Origin: Magnetococcus sp. YQC-9
GTDB taxonomy: Bacteria; Pseudomonadota; Magnetococcia; Magnetococcales; Magnetaquicoccaceae
Assembly: GCA_039908105.1 (NCBI GenBank)
Contig: JAMOBI010000003.1
Location: 3,582-67,581 of the forward strand
DNA length: 64,000 nucleotides
Reading direction: 5' to 3'
How positions within the stretch are numbered: the first letter of the stretch is position 1; the number at the start of each line of letters is the position of its first letter. Under the pieces are notes generated by a model. It had not been told where the DNA came from, ran no database searches, and saw only the letters and a program-made list of their open reading frames with translations. Below are positions 17,814 through 27,441 of this stretch, one piece after another. The position numbers were made by a program, and so were the translations under genes.

Positions 17814-19819
17814 AGATACAGCGGTTCATTCGACTGTTGATCTGGCGAATTGCTCGCTGGCGGCAGACACTCTCCCTGACCGTGCAGGTGCTGCTGGTCA
17901 CCGGCGCGTTTGGTGCCCTCTTCTGGTTTTTTCAGGGCGAATCCCACGCCAGACACATGCGGACCGTGGTGCAGGAGTATCTCCTGACCGAGATGCGCCG
18001 CGACGCTCAGATCGACTGGGTGCGGCTCGATGAGCGGCTGCGCGCCCAGGAGCGGGTGGCGCGCTGGCTGGTCGAGCGGGTGGAGTTTGTCGAGGAGATC
18101 GGGCTGCGCGAGAACGTGGGATGGGGCGCTTCGGAGGCCGGGAGTGCGAGTCAGGATGTCGAGATGGAGGTTTCCGAGAGCCTCTCCGTCTGGCTGCCGA
18201 TGCAGCGCGTGGCGCGCGAATTGGGCTATGGCGTGCATGGGCTGGTGACCGATGGCCAGGGACGCGCACGCGCCTTTGTCAATGCGCGCGACAAACAACC
18301 GCCCGGCGTGGCGGTGTTGCCGTTCGCCCAGGCCTGTCTGGCCCACGAGGCCAGGAGCGCGGTGCGTTTCGATCGAGGGCGTCCTTTTTATCTGACCTGC
18401 GCCGATCTGCACCATGCCGATGGTCGAGCGCGGGCACTGTTGGTGTTGATCGCCCCGTTGGATGACGATTTTCTGCAATCCTTCCATGCGGAACGTTATC
18501 AGGATGGCATTCTGGTCTTTTTCGACGAAGCCGGCGAGCGGGTGGTGGCCAGCAGCCGTCCCGAGCGGATCGCGACCGATACCCCCCTTGGCGGTCTGCA
18601 TGGCGATTACCTGATTTTTGGCAAGGAGATCGGTGCTGACTCGTATTCGGCGGCCATGTTCATCCGTTTTGCCGGCTTGTTGCCCAAGGAGCGGCTGGAG
18701 GAGATGACCGGCGCTCTGGTCGGTGGAGTGCGGGGTGAGTGGGCTGCGGGACTCTTGTTGTTGATCGCGCTGTTCGTTGGTATTATTTACTGGCTGGGGC
18801 GGTTGATGCGTTCGGTCACCAGACAGATGGTGGTGTTTGCCCGGCAAAGGCTCAATCTGACCGTCTCTTCGGCGGCGCCCGGCAACGCCCTGCAACAACT
18901 GCTTGAGCAGTTCGAGATCCTCACCCATCAGATCGGCGAGACCCGGGCCCGCGAGGCCGAAGCCACGGCACGGCTGGAGCAGAGCAACCGCGCGCTCGAA
19001 TCCTCTCTGACCATGCTCAAAAGAACCCATGCACAGCTTTTGTCTTCGGAGAAGATGGCCGCGCTTGGCGGACTGGTCGCCGGAGTTGCCCACGAGATCA
19101 ATACCCCGGTTGGCATTGGTGTCACCGCAGCCTCGTTTTTAGAGAGCCGCACGCGAGAATGCCGCAACCGTTACACCGAAGGAGCGCTGTCGCGTGCCGA
19201 TCTGGAGAGCTATTTTCAGGATGCCGGCGAGTCGGCGGCGATGATCCTCTCCAATCTGTTGCGTGCTGCCGAGTTGGTGCGCGGCTTCAAACAGGTGGCG
19301 GTGGATACCAGCAGCGAGGCGTGTCGCACCTTTGATTTCGCCACCCTGATCCGGCAGATCCTGCAAAGCCTTCACCCCCGTTTGAAGAAGACCCCGCATC
19401 AGGTCACGGTGCGCTGTCCGGAGGGGTTGAGCCATTTTGGTCGACCCGATGTTTTTTCCCAGATCATCGCCAATTTTGTGATAAATTCGCTGCTGCACGG
19501 CTTTGCCGATGATCGTGCCGGAGAGATCGTCATTGAGGTTGACTCCTTGGAAGATCGGATTCGTTTGCACTACGCCGATGATGGTCGGGGAATGGAGGAG
19601 TCGGCGCGTATCCGGATCTTCGAGCCGTTCTTCACCACGGCGCGCCACAAGGGGGGGAGCGGTCTGGGGATGCATATCGTGTTCAATCTGGTCACCGGAC
19701 CCCTGTCCGGGGAGATCGAGTGTCACTCAGCGCCCGGTGAGGGGACAGCCTTCACGATCACCTTCCCGGTTCGCAAGGAGAGTACGCAATCGATGGATGA
19801 GGAGCAGAAGGAGTCGTGA
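17810..19819 (+). CDS. Membrane sensor histidine kinase
   Basis: GTG 17810 (GTGA overlap with the maf stop) precedes TM1; large periplasmic-like region, second TM, H-box VAHEINTPVG, C-terminal HATPase_c (GGSGLGMHIV). The track ORF start at 17576 lies inside maf. Confidence 0.85.
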   Translation: MKIQRFIRLLIWRIARWRQTLSLTVQVLLVTGAFGALFWFFQGESHARHMRTVVQEYLLTEMRRDAQIDWVRLDERLRAQERVARWLVERVEFVEEIGLRENVGWGASEAGSASQDVEMEVSESLSVWLPMQRVARELGYGVHGLVTDGQGRARAFVNARDKQPPGVAVLPFAQACLAHEARSAVRFDRGRPFYLTCADLHHADGRARALLVLIAPLDDDFLQSFHAERYQDGILVFFDEAGERVVASSRPERIATDTPLGGLHGDYLIFGKEIGADSYSAAMFIRFAGLLPKERLEEMTGALVGGVRGEWAAGLLLLIALFVGIIYWLGRLMRSVTRQMVVFARQRLNLTVSSAAPGNALQQLLEQFEILTHQIGETRAREAEATARLEQSNRALESSLTMLKRTHAQLLSSEKMAALGGLVAGVAHEINTPVGIGVTAASFLESRTRECRNRYTEGALSRADLESYFQDAGESAAMILSNLLRAAELVRGFKQVAVDTSSEACRTFDFATLIRQILQSLHPRLKKTPHQVTVRCPEGLSHFGRPDVFSQIIANFVINSLLHGFADDRAGEIVIEVDSLEDRIRLHYADDGRGMEESARIRIFEPFFTTARHKGGSGLGMHIVFNLVTGPLSGEIECHSAPGEGTAFTITFPVRKESTQSMDEEQKES

Positions 19820-20841
19820 TGAGCGATCTGCTGTTTGCGGAGGATGGCCGGAAGCCCGCTTTGGGTGGTGCGACCCGGACGGAGCGGTTGCCGGAACCGT
19901 CCCGCTGGAAATTGATGATCATCGATGACGACCCGGACGTGCACACCTTGAGTACCCTGGTGCTGCGCACGTTTCGGTTCGAGGGCAGGGGGTTGGAATT
20001 TTTGCATGGCTATTCGCGCGTGGATGCCGAACGGTTGATGTGCGAGCACCCGGATACCGCCGTGTTGTTGTTGGATGTGGTGATGGAGAGCGATCAGGCT
20101 GGCCTTGAGGTGGTACGGTTCATTCGCGAAACCTTGCGGAATCGTTTTGTGCGCATCATCCTGCGCACCGGTCAGCCGGGTCATGCGCCGGAACAACGGG
20201 TGATCCTTGATTACGACATCAACGATTACAAGGAGAAGACCGACCTGACCGACATCCGCCTGACCACGGCGGTGATCACCGCGTTGCGCTCCTACCGCGA
20301 CATGATGGTGATCGAACAGAATCGGCAGGGGTTGCAGAAGATCATCCAGGCCACCGGCAGCCTGTTTGAGCCGCGTTCGATCCGCAAACTGGCCAATGGC
20401 GTCCTGACACAGCTGGTGTCGATCCTCGGCTTGGACGAGAGCGCACTGTATGCCCAGGCCTCGGGATTCGCGGTCAATGGGGATTCCGGGCGGTTGCTGC
20501 TCTACGCCGGCACCGGGCGTTTCGTCGATCGGATCGGGGAGCCGGTCGAGGCGGTGGTTGATGGCGATACGCTGGCGTTGGTCCATCGTGCCATGGAGCA
20601 ACGGGAGAGTCTGTTCGACGACGATCGCTTCGTGGGCTACTTCCGCACTGGGCAGGGTTCGGTGAATCTGCTCTACCTGCGGGGGATCGGTCCGTTTTGC
20701 GAGTGGGATCGCGAACTGATCCGGCTCTATTCGAGCAATGTGGGGTTGGCGTTCGATCATGTGCTGCTCAATCGGGAGATTTTTGGCGCGTTGGGTCGGG
20801 GTGAGCCGGTGGCGATGAAAGAGATTTTTGCTGATCACTAA
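19816..20841 (+). CDS. Response regulator, REC + DUF3369-like domain, apparently lacking an output domain
   Basis: REC motifs (LMIIDDDPDV ... LLLDVVM ... ILRTGQPG) and the DYDINDYKEK linker typical of REC-DUF3369 regulators; ATGA overlap with the kinase; stop TAA lies in the repeat terminus. Confidence 0.85.
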   Translation: MMSDLLFAEDGRKPALGGATRTERLPEPSRWKLMIIDDDPDVHTLSTLVLRTFRFEGRGLEFLHGYSRVDAERLMCEHPDTAVLLLDVVMESDQAGLEVVRFIRETLRNRFVRIILRTGQPGHAPEQRVILDYDINDYKEKTDLTDIRLTTAVITALRSYRDMMVIEQNRQGLQKIIQATGSLFEPRSIRKLANGVLTQLVSILGLDESALYAQASGFAVNGDSGRLLLYAGTGRFVDRIGEPVEAVVDGDTLALVHRAMEQRESLFDDDRFVGYFRTGQGSVNLLYLRGIGPFCEWDRELIRLYSSNVGLAFDHVLLNREIFGALGRGEPVAMKEIFADH

Positions 20842-21078
20842 ACCGCACCCAGCTTGGAATGTGTCGTTTTTACTGGTAAGAAAAAAGAGAGGGTCTGGGA
20901 GATTCATCTCCCAGGGTTTTGCTTTTGACTTTAGCGCGCTCTTCAAAAGAAGCATTTTTTGCGAAAAATACGCCGCGCGCCGCCTTCGCGGGAGTCGTTT
21001 TTTGTTTTTTGGAAACGACTCCCGCATCTTGCACACAAGCCTTGCGAAAAACGACGCATCCCAAAACAGGTGCGGTTT
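20839..21078. repeat. Mosaic palindromic intergenic repeat, family A, locus 5 (near-complete reference unit)
   Basis: TAAACCGCACCCAGCTTGGAATGTG ... CAGGTGCGGTTTAA; contains all core modules. Confidence 0.92.
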
Positions 21079-21124
21079 AAAGAAGGGTGCTGGGAGCTGT
21101 CGGGATGGAATCAGGGGGGCAGGG

Positions 21125-21964
21125 ATGAGCGATCGGGAAGCCGAACTGCGGTTCGTGAGCGCCGAGTGGCTGCTGGAGCGGTTGAATGGCTCGGAGTGGC
21201 GACTGGTGCAGGTGGGTGGGGAGAGCCATTATCCGCGTTTGCACCTGCCGGGTGCTCAGCTGGTGACCTATGCCGAGTTCACCACCCAGCGTGACGGTTT
21301 GCCGGCCATGCGTCCCGAACCTGCGGATCTGGTGCGCCTGTTCGGTCGGCTCGGCATTGGCAATCGCACGCCGGTGGTGGTCTACGATCTGGTGGGCGGC
21401 ACCGATGCGGCCCGCTTCGCCTGGTCGCTGGCCTGCGCCGGTCATGAGGGGGAATGCGCCTTGCTCGATGGTGGATTGCCGCTCTGGTATCAGCGGCAGT
21501 TGCCCCTGAATGTGGCCATTCCACAGGTCGAGCCGGCCCTGTTCACACCGCGTCCGGTCGAAACCTGGGAAGCCGAACGCGAACGGGTGCTCGAGGTGAT
21601 CGCCCATCATCAGACCGGGGTGCTGCTCGATTGCCGCTCGCGCAACGAATATCTCGGCCAGACCTTGCGCGGACCGCGCGGTCATCTGCCGGGTGCGGTG
21701 CATCTCGACTGGATCGAAACCCTGGTGGGGCGTCAGGATCCGCGCCTGCAACCGATTGAGGCGCTGCAAGCGCTTTTTGGCTCGATCGGCCTGGATGACC
21801 CGAAACGCGAGGTGATTGTCTATTGCGAAACCGGTCATCGTGCCTCGCACACTTGGGCGTTGTTGCGTCATCTCGGCTGGGAACAGGTGCGGCTGTTCGA
21901 TGGCTCCATGGCCGAGTGGCGTTTGTACGATCTGCCGGTGATCGCCGGCGACTCTCCACGATAA
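21125..21964 (+). CDS. Two-domain rhodanese sulfurtransferase (thiosulfate/3-mercaptopyruvate type)
   Basis: Two rhodanese-like halves; active-site loop CETGHRAS in the C-terminal half; ATG 21125 chosen because the track ORF N-terminus lies inside the repeat. Confidence 0.85.
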   Translation: MSDREAELRFVSAEWLLERLNGSEWRLVQVGGESHYPRLHLPGAQLVTYAEFTTQRDGLPAMRPEPADLVRLFGRLGIGNRTPVVVYDLVGGTDAARFAWSLACAGHEGECALLDGGLPLWYQRQLPLNVAIPQVEPALFTPRPVETWEAERERVLEVIAHHQTGVLLDCRSRNEYLGQTLRGPRGHLPGAVHLDWIETLVGRQDPRLQPIEALQALFGSIGLDDPKREVIVYCETGHRASHTWALLRHLGWEQVRLFDGSMAEWRLYDLPVIAGDSPR

Positions 21965-21982
21965 TCATCTTCGAGGCACGTC

Positions 21983-23416
21983 ATGTTCGATTCCCTCTCT
22001 GATCGCCTGGAAGCGGTCTTCAAGAAGCTCAAAGGTCAGGGTTCTCTCAACGAGAAGAACATCCGCGATGCCATGCGCGAGGTGCGCATGGCCCTGCTTG
22101 AGGCCGATGTTCATCTGGATGTGGTCAAATCCTTCATCGCCCGGGTGCGTGAGAAGTCGCTGGGTCAGGAGGTGATGGGGTCGCTCACCCCCGGTCAGCA
22201 GGTGGTCCATCTGGTTCACAAGGAGTTGATCCATGTGATGGGCGGGATCAACGAACGGTTGAATCTCGCCGCACAACCGCCGGTGGTGGTGCTGATGGTC
22301 GGCCTGCAAGGGTCGGGCAAGACCACCACCACCGCCAAGCTGGCCAAACGGCTGTTGGAAAAGGATCGCCGCAAACCGCTTCTGGCCTCGCTCGATGTCT
22401 ATCGTCCGGCGGCCATGGACCAGTTGGCCACGGTCGGCGCCTCGGTGGGTGCCAAGGTGATGCCCACCTCGCCGGGCGAGGATCCGCGCGAGATTGCCAA
22501 ACGGGCCTTGCAGACCGCCCGCACCGGCGGCTACGACGTGCTGCTGCTCGATACCGCCGGGCGGCTGCATGTCGATGCCGAGTTGATGAACGAACTGGTT
22601 GATGTCGCGGAGCTGGTCAAGCCCACGGAGATCCTGCTGGTGGTCGACTCGATGACCGGTCAGGACGCGGTCAACGTGGCACGCAACTTCGACGAGAAAC
22701 TCACCCTGACCGGCGTGATCCTCACCAAGACCGATGGTGACGCGCGCGGCGGCGCGGCGTTGTCGGTGCGCCATGTCACCGGCAAGCCGATCAAATTTCT
22801 GGGGACCGGCGAAACGATGGACGGGTTGGAACCGTTCCACCCGGACCGGGTTGCCTCGCGCATCCTCGGCATGGGCGACATCCTGTCGCTGGTCGAAAAC
22901 GTGATGGAGAAGGTTGATCTCAAGGAGACCTCCCAATTACAAGAGAAACTGCTCTCCTCAAGCTTTACCCTGGAGGATTTTCTCGGGCAGATGCGGCAGA
23001 TCAAGAAGATGGGTCCGTTGGGGGATATCATGGCGATGATCCCCGGGGTCAAGCAGGCGATGAAGGGGCGTGACATGGCGGTCGACGAACGTCATCTGCG
23101 CCGGGTCGAGGCGATCATCCTGTCGATGACCCCGACCGAGCGGCGCAAGCATCAGATCATCAACGCCTCGCGAAAAAAACGCATCGCCATGGGTTCCGGC
23201 ACCACGGTCCAGGAGGTGAATCAACTGTTGAAGCAGTTCATCCAGACCCAGACCTTGATGAAACGGTTCGGCAAGCTCGGCAACAAGGGGTTCCTGCGCG
23301 GCTTTCCCGGCCTGGGCGGCGGCGGTGGTTTTCCGGGTCTGGGTGGCGGCGGTGGGGGTGGGTTTCCGGGAGCGGGACTCTTCGGAGGGGGCAACAAACC
23401 GCCGGGATTGCCGTGA
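21983..23416 (+). CDS. ffh: Signal recognition particle protein Ffh
   Basis: MFDSLSDRLEAVFKKLKG N-domain, GLQGSGKTTT P-loop, DTAGR, TKTDGDARGG, Met-rich M domain; unusual Gly-rich C-terminal tail. Confidence 0.97.
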   Translation: MFDSLSDRLEAVFKKLKGQGSLNEKNIRDAMREVRMALLEADVHLDVVKSFIARVREKSLGQEVMGSLTPGQQVVHLVHKELIHVMGGINERLNLAAQPPVVVLMVGLQGSGKTTTTAKLAKRLLEKDRRKPLLASLDVYRPAAMDQLATVGASVGAKVMPTSPGEDPREIAKRALQTARTGGYDVLLLDTAGRLHVDAELMNELVDVAELVKPTEILLVVDSMTGQDAVNVARNFDEKLTLTGVILTKTDGDARGGAALSVRHVTGKPIKFLGTGETMDGLEPFHPDRVASRILGMGDILSLVENVMEKVDLKETSQLQEKLLSSSFTLEDFLGQMRQIKKMGPLGDIMAMIPGVKQAMKGRDMAVDERHLRRVEAIILSMTPTERRKHQIINASRKKRIAMGSGTTVQEVNQLLKQFIQTQTLMKRFGKLGNKGFLRGFPGLGGGGGFPGLGGGGGGGFPGAGLFGGGNKPPGLP

Positions 23417-24396
23417 TCACCGGGGAACCGGGCGATGGCAGCGCTGGTCTGAAGGGGTTGGAGGGGAGTCGCTCCCAGTACGACACCACGCTCAAGGATC
23501 TGTTCACCGATCCGCCGCAGCGTTTGCTGCATTTATTGGTAGGCACGCGCGCTGTCCGGCATCTGCCGGTCGAGATCGCGCAGACCGGCAAGTGGATTCC
23601 GGATCTGTTGTTTTTGATGGAAGATGACTCCGTGCTCCATCTGGAGTTGCAATCGACCTCGGAGTCGATGGCGTGGCGCATGTTGATCTATTATGCCTGG
23701 ATCCGGCAGCGTTACCCGGTGTATCCATTGATCCAGAAGGTGTTGTACGTTGGAGAGAAACCGTGGCGGGGGAGAGCTACCATCCAGGAGCCGGCACTGC
23801 GATTTCACCATGAGGTGGTGGATATCCGGGCGATCGACTGTCGGGAGTTGCTGGCCAGTCCACTGCTGGAGGAGAATATTCTCGCGGTGCTGTGTGGCAT
23901 GGAGCAGGAGCGTCAGACGGTGCGCGGGATTTTGCAACGGGTTGCAGAGTTGCCACCCAAGCAGAGGGGCGATGCGCTGACCAAATTGTTGATGCTGTCG
24001 CGCCTGCGCCGCTTGGAAACGACCGTCTATGAGGAGAGTCATGAGATGCCGCTGACGTTCAATATCATGGAAAACGATGTGTTGCGTCCGATCTTTCTTG
24101 CGGCTATGGAGGAGACGGCGCGGCAGAATCTTCTGAAAGGTGAGGAAAAAGGGTTTCAGGAGGGTCGCCAGGAGGGTCGCCAGGAGGGTCGCCAGGAGGG
24201 TCGCCAGGAGGGTCTTCTGATCGGTGAGCGGGAAAGAGGGGTGCGTGTGCTGATCCGTCTGCTGGAACGTCGCTTTGGCGCGTTGTCGGAAGCGGATGTC
24301 GAGCGGATTCGTGCAGCGGAACTCGACCGGCTGGAGGTGTGGACCGATCGGCTGTTGGACGCAGCCACGCTTGTCGAGGTGTTTGCCGACTCTTGA
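23413..24396 (+). CDS. PD-(D/E)XK nuclease-family protein (Rpn/YhgA-like putative transposase) with DUF4351-like C-terminus
   Basis: GTG start overlapping the ffh stop; D...E.Q pattern IPDLLFLMEDDSVLHLELQS; C-terminal LLERRFGALSEADVERIRAAELDRLEVWTDRLLDA resembles DUF4351; internal (QEGR)x4. Confidence 0.55.
   Translation: MITGEPGDGSAGLKGLEGSRSQYDTTLKDLFTDPPQRLLHLLVGTRAVRHLPVEIAQTGKWIPDLLFLMEDDSVLHLELQSTSESMAWRMLIYYAWIRQRYPVYPLIQKVLYVGEKPWRGRATIQEPALRFHHEVVDIRAIDCRELLASPLLEENILAVLCGMEQERQTVRGILQRVAELPPKQRGDALTKLLMLSRLRRLETTVYEESHEMPLTFNIMENDVLRPIFLAAMEETARQNLLKGEEKGFQEGRQEGRQEGRQEGRQEGLLIGERERGVRVLIRLLERRFGALSEADVERIRAAELDRLEVWTDRLLDAATLVEVFADS
24157..24214 (+). repeat. In-frame 12-nt microsatellite (CAGGAGGGTCGC x4 plus a partial unit)
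   Basis: Four perfect tandem copies plus a partial fifth, encoding QEGRQEGRQEGRQEGRQEG. Confidence 0.95.
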
Positions 24397-24539
24397 CGGG
24401 TTGGGGAATCGCGGGTTTGGCTTTACTTGAGAAGATTCTTGTGGGAAAATGTACGATTTATCCGGTCGTCCGTCGATTGGAAGCAGAATATCCGGAGCAG
24501 GGGTTGGCGTTCGGACACTGAATGAGGAGTATGCGAGCC

Positions 24540-25661
24540 ATGGCTTGGAACGACAATGGTGGCAATCAGGGCCCATGGGGTCCGGGCGGCGGTGTATCAC
24601 CGCAACCACCGGATATCGATCAGATCGTCCGGATCATGCGGGAGCGGTTCGGTAACCGCAATCCATTCGCAAAGGTCTGGCCGTTCGTGCTCGTGTTGGG
24701 GCTTGTGGTATGGATGGCCACTGGCATCTATGTGGTCGGACCGGACGAGAATGGCGTGGTGTTGCGTTTCGGGCGACATGTGGAGACCACCGGTCCCGGA
24801 CCCCATTGGCGTCTGCCCTATCCGATCGCTACGGTGCTCACCCCGAAGGTGACCAAGGTGGAGCGCATCGAGATCGGCTACCGGACCCGTTCGCGCGGCG
24901 GCGATGGCCGTACGACCGGAGACGAGGTGGACGTGCCCGCCGAGTCGTTGATGCTGACCGGCGATGAGAACATTATCGATATTGACATGAGCGTGCAGTA
25001 TCGCATCAAGGATGGGGGTGCGGCCAATTATCTGTTTAATCTGCGCAATCCATCGGCCGATCGCCACAAGGTGGTGCGTGACGCGGCGGAGTCGGCGATT
25101 CGTCAGGTGATCGGTCGCAATGAGATCGACAGCGCCTTGACCGCTGGCAAGGAGAAGATCCAGTCCGACTCCAAGCAGATGATGCAGAAGATTCTCGACA
25201 GCTACAACAGCGGCATTCTGATCGTCACGGTGCAGTTGCAGAAGGTGTCGCCGCCACCCGAGGTGGTGCATGCCTTCAAGGATGTGGCCAGCGCAAGAGA
25301 GGATCGCGAACGGGCGATCAACGAGGCGCAGGGCTACGCCAACGACATTCTGCCCAAGGCCAAGGGCGAGGCGGCCAAGCTGATTCAGGAGGCTGAGGGG
25401 TATCGTGCCGCCAAGGTGACCCGTTCCGAGGGTGATGTGCATCGCTACGAAGCGATTCTGAAGGAGTATGAGAAGGCCAGGGCGATCACCGAGACCCGGC
25501 TTTATCTTGAATCCATGGAAGAGGTGATGAGCGGGGTCAACAAGGTGATCATCGATCCGCGCGCTGGACACAATCTGCTCCCCTATTTGCCGATTCCGGT
25601 GCCGAGTGGCATGCGGGGCGGACGGGGTGAGGCCCCTGCGGGCAAGGGAGATGCGCCATGA
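24540..25661 (+). CDS. hflK: FtsH protease modulator HflK
   Basis: MAWNDNGGNQGPWG N-terminus, single TM, SPFH/band-7 domain, characteristic EAQGYANDILPKAKGEA block. Confidence 0.92.
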   Translation: MAWNDNGGNQGPWGPGGGVSPQPPDIDQIVRIMRERFGNRNPFAKVWPFVLVLGLVVWMATGIYVVGPDENGVVLRFGRHVETTGPGPHWRLPYPIATVLTPKVTKVERIEIGYRTRSRGGDGRTTGDEVDVPAESLMLTGDENIIDIDMSVQYRIKDGGAANYLFNLRNPSADRHKVVRDAAESAIRQVIGRNEIDSALTAGKEKIQSDSKQMMQKILDSYNSGILIVTVQLQKVSPPPEVVHAFKDVASAREDRERAINEAQGYANDILPKAKGEAAKLIQEAEGYRAAKVTRSEGDVHRYEAILKEYEKARAITETRLYLESMEEVMSGVNKVIIDPRAGHNLLPYLPIPVPSGMRGGRGEAPAGKGDAP

Positions 25662-26533
25662 ACAAGAATCTCTCTCTGGGGATTTCGCTCGTGGGTTTGG
25701 CGTTGCTTGTGATCGCCACGCAGTCGGTTTATACCGTGGTGCAGTGGCGTCAGGCGCTGGTGGTGCAGTTGGGGAAACCGGTCGAACCGGCCATCAGCGA
25801 ACCGGGTCTGCACTTCAAGATTCCGTTCTTGCAAGAAGTTCATTTTTTCGACCGTCGCTTGCTGGAGTTTGATCAGGAGCCGCAGGAGATTCTGTCGGCG
25901 GACAAGAAGAATCTCAAAGTGGACAGCTATTCGCGTTGGCGCATTGTCGATCCTTTGAAGTTCTTTCAGACCGTGCGCGATGAGAACGGTGCTGCTGACC
26001 GGCTCAACGACATCATCTACTCCAACATCCGCGAGGTGCTGGGGCAGTTCACCATGATGGAGATCGTCTCGGCCTCGCGCTCGGATCTGACGCAGCGCAT
26101 CCGCGAACAGACCAATGTCCAGGCCAACAAGTACGGCATTGAGATCATCGACGTGCGCATCAAGCGAACCGATCTGCCGGTGGAGAACTCCAAGGCGGTT
26201 TTTCGGCGCATGCAGACCGAACGCGAGCGTCAGGCCAAGCAGTACCGTGCCCAGGGTGAGGAGGAGGCGGTGAAAATCCGCTCCAAGGCGGCGCGTGAGC
26301 GGGAGGTGATGCTGGCCGAAGCCTACAAGTCGGCCCAGGAGATCCGCGGTGCGGGGGATGCTGAGGCGACGAAGATCTACGCCGATGCCTATCAGAAGGA
26401 TCCGCGCTTCTTCGAGTTCACCCGTTCGTTGGAGGCGTATGCCAAATCCATGGGCAAGGATTCGACTACTGTGGTGTTGGAGCCCTCGGGATTTTATCGT
26501 TTCTTGCAGGGAGCGGCTCCAGCGGCCCGTTAG
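25658..26533 (+). CDS. hflC: FtsH protease modulator HflC
   Basis: SPFH domain protein; ATGA overlap with hflK; RGAGDAEATKIYADAY block. Confidence 0.92.
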   Translation: MNKNLSLGISLVGLALLVIATQSVYTVVQWRQALVVQLGKPVEPAISEPGLHFKIPFLQEVHFFDRRLLEFDQEPQEILSADKKNLKVDSYSRWRIVDPLKFFQTVRDENGAADRLNDIIYSNIREVLGQFTMMEIVSASRSDLTQRIREQTNVQANKYGIEIIDVRIKRTDLPVENSKAVFRRMQTERERQAKQYRAQGEEEAVKIRSKAAREREVMLAEAYKSAQEIRGAGDAEATKIYADAYQKDPRFFEFTRSLEAYAKSMGKDSTTVVLEPSGFYRFLQGAAPAAR

Positions 26534-26545
26534 ATCGAGGACGGC

Positions 26546-26731
26546 ATGAAGGATTTTTTGAGCGTCATCGGCATGGTGCTGATTTTGGAAGGAGTTCCCT
26601 ATTTTCTGGCACCGGAACGGATGCGGCGCTGGGTGGTGGCGATCGCCGAGTTGCCGGATGGCGTGTTGCGTCGTACCGGATTTTTGCTCATGGCGCTTGG
26701 TTTGTGGCTGATCTATCTGGCGCGGGGATAG
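26546..26731 (+). CDS. DUF2065-family small membrane protein (YjeT-like)
   Basis: 61 aa with two hydrophobic helices, in the conserved position directly after hflC; GAGGA RBS. Confidence 0.7.
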   Translation: MKDFLSVIGMVLILEGVPYFLAPERMRRWVVAIAELPDGVLRRTGFLLMALGLWLIYLARG

Positions 26732-26733
26732 AG

Positions 26734-27357
26734 ATGGAGTCGGATTGGCAGGGAGAGGATCGATCCGGGAGTGTTTCTGCTCCTCCGTGGCATCGGATTG
26801 GCGATCCACCCCGGCGTCTGGGTGGGGTGAACCTGGATCTGCCCCAGCTTATGCATCGTGCCGTGCCATGGCAGGCTGTCGGGGTGCTGGCGCCAGAGGA
26901 TTTCGAGTCGCTGGATGAGGCCGGGGAGCTGCAAGGGGTGGTCGAGGTGCTGCTTGAGGCCAGGCCGATCCGTCAGGAGGGTCGGATGGTGGCCCGCGTC
27001 CATGGTCATCTGCGCGGACGGATGCAATTGAGCTGCGTGCGCTGCCTGGGCCAATTCGACTGGCCGGTTGAGGCCGGAATCGAGGCGGTTTTTGCGCTCG
27101 GGAGCGATCCGGCAGCCAAAAACCGCAATTGGCGCATTGAGGGGGATGTGGAGTATCTGCCCGATGGGGTGATCGAGATCCGCCATCTGGTCGAAGAGGA
27201 GTTGTTGTTGGCCCTGCCCATGAATCCGATTTGCGTCTCGGAGTGTGCCGGATTGTGTGCAGGGTGTGGGGCGGATTTGAATCGCGCCCCTTGCAGTTGC
27301 CGGAAGAGCGAGCCGAATGGCCCGTTTGCGGCGTTGAAGGTGTTGCAATCGACATGA
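26734..27357 (+). CDS. yceD: YceD/DUF177 family protein (23S rRNA accumulation protein)
   Basis: CVRCL ... ICVSECAGLCAGCGADLN Cys motifs; conserved position upstream of rpmF. Confidence 0.85.
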   Translation: MESDWQGEDRSGSVSAPPWHRIGDPPRRLGGVNLDLPQLMHRAVPWQAVGVLAPEDFESLDEAGELQGVVEVLLEARPIRQEGRMVARVHGHLRGRMQLSCVRCLGQFDWPVEAGIEAVFALGSDPAAKNRNWRIEGDVEYLPDGVIEIRHLVEEELLLALPMNPICVSECAGLCAGCGADLNRAPCSCRKSEPNGPFAALKVLQST

Positions 27358-27441
27358 AAGCTTGAAAACGAGGCCTGCCTGGACGCGGAAGGATCGTCTT
27401 TTAAGAATACCACGTTGGCTTGATTTCGAAGGAGAATACCC

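Noticed and set aside
19723-21036. 437-aa minus-strand ORF antisense to the response regulator and extending through repeat locus 5
   Set aside because: Its N-terminus is repeat-derived sequence and the remainder is antisense to a well-supported REC-domain gene.
21965-22936. 323-aa minus-strand ORF antisense to ffh
   Set aside because: ffh is unambiguous. The antisense product has no motifs and a typical GC-shadow composition.
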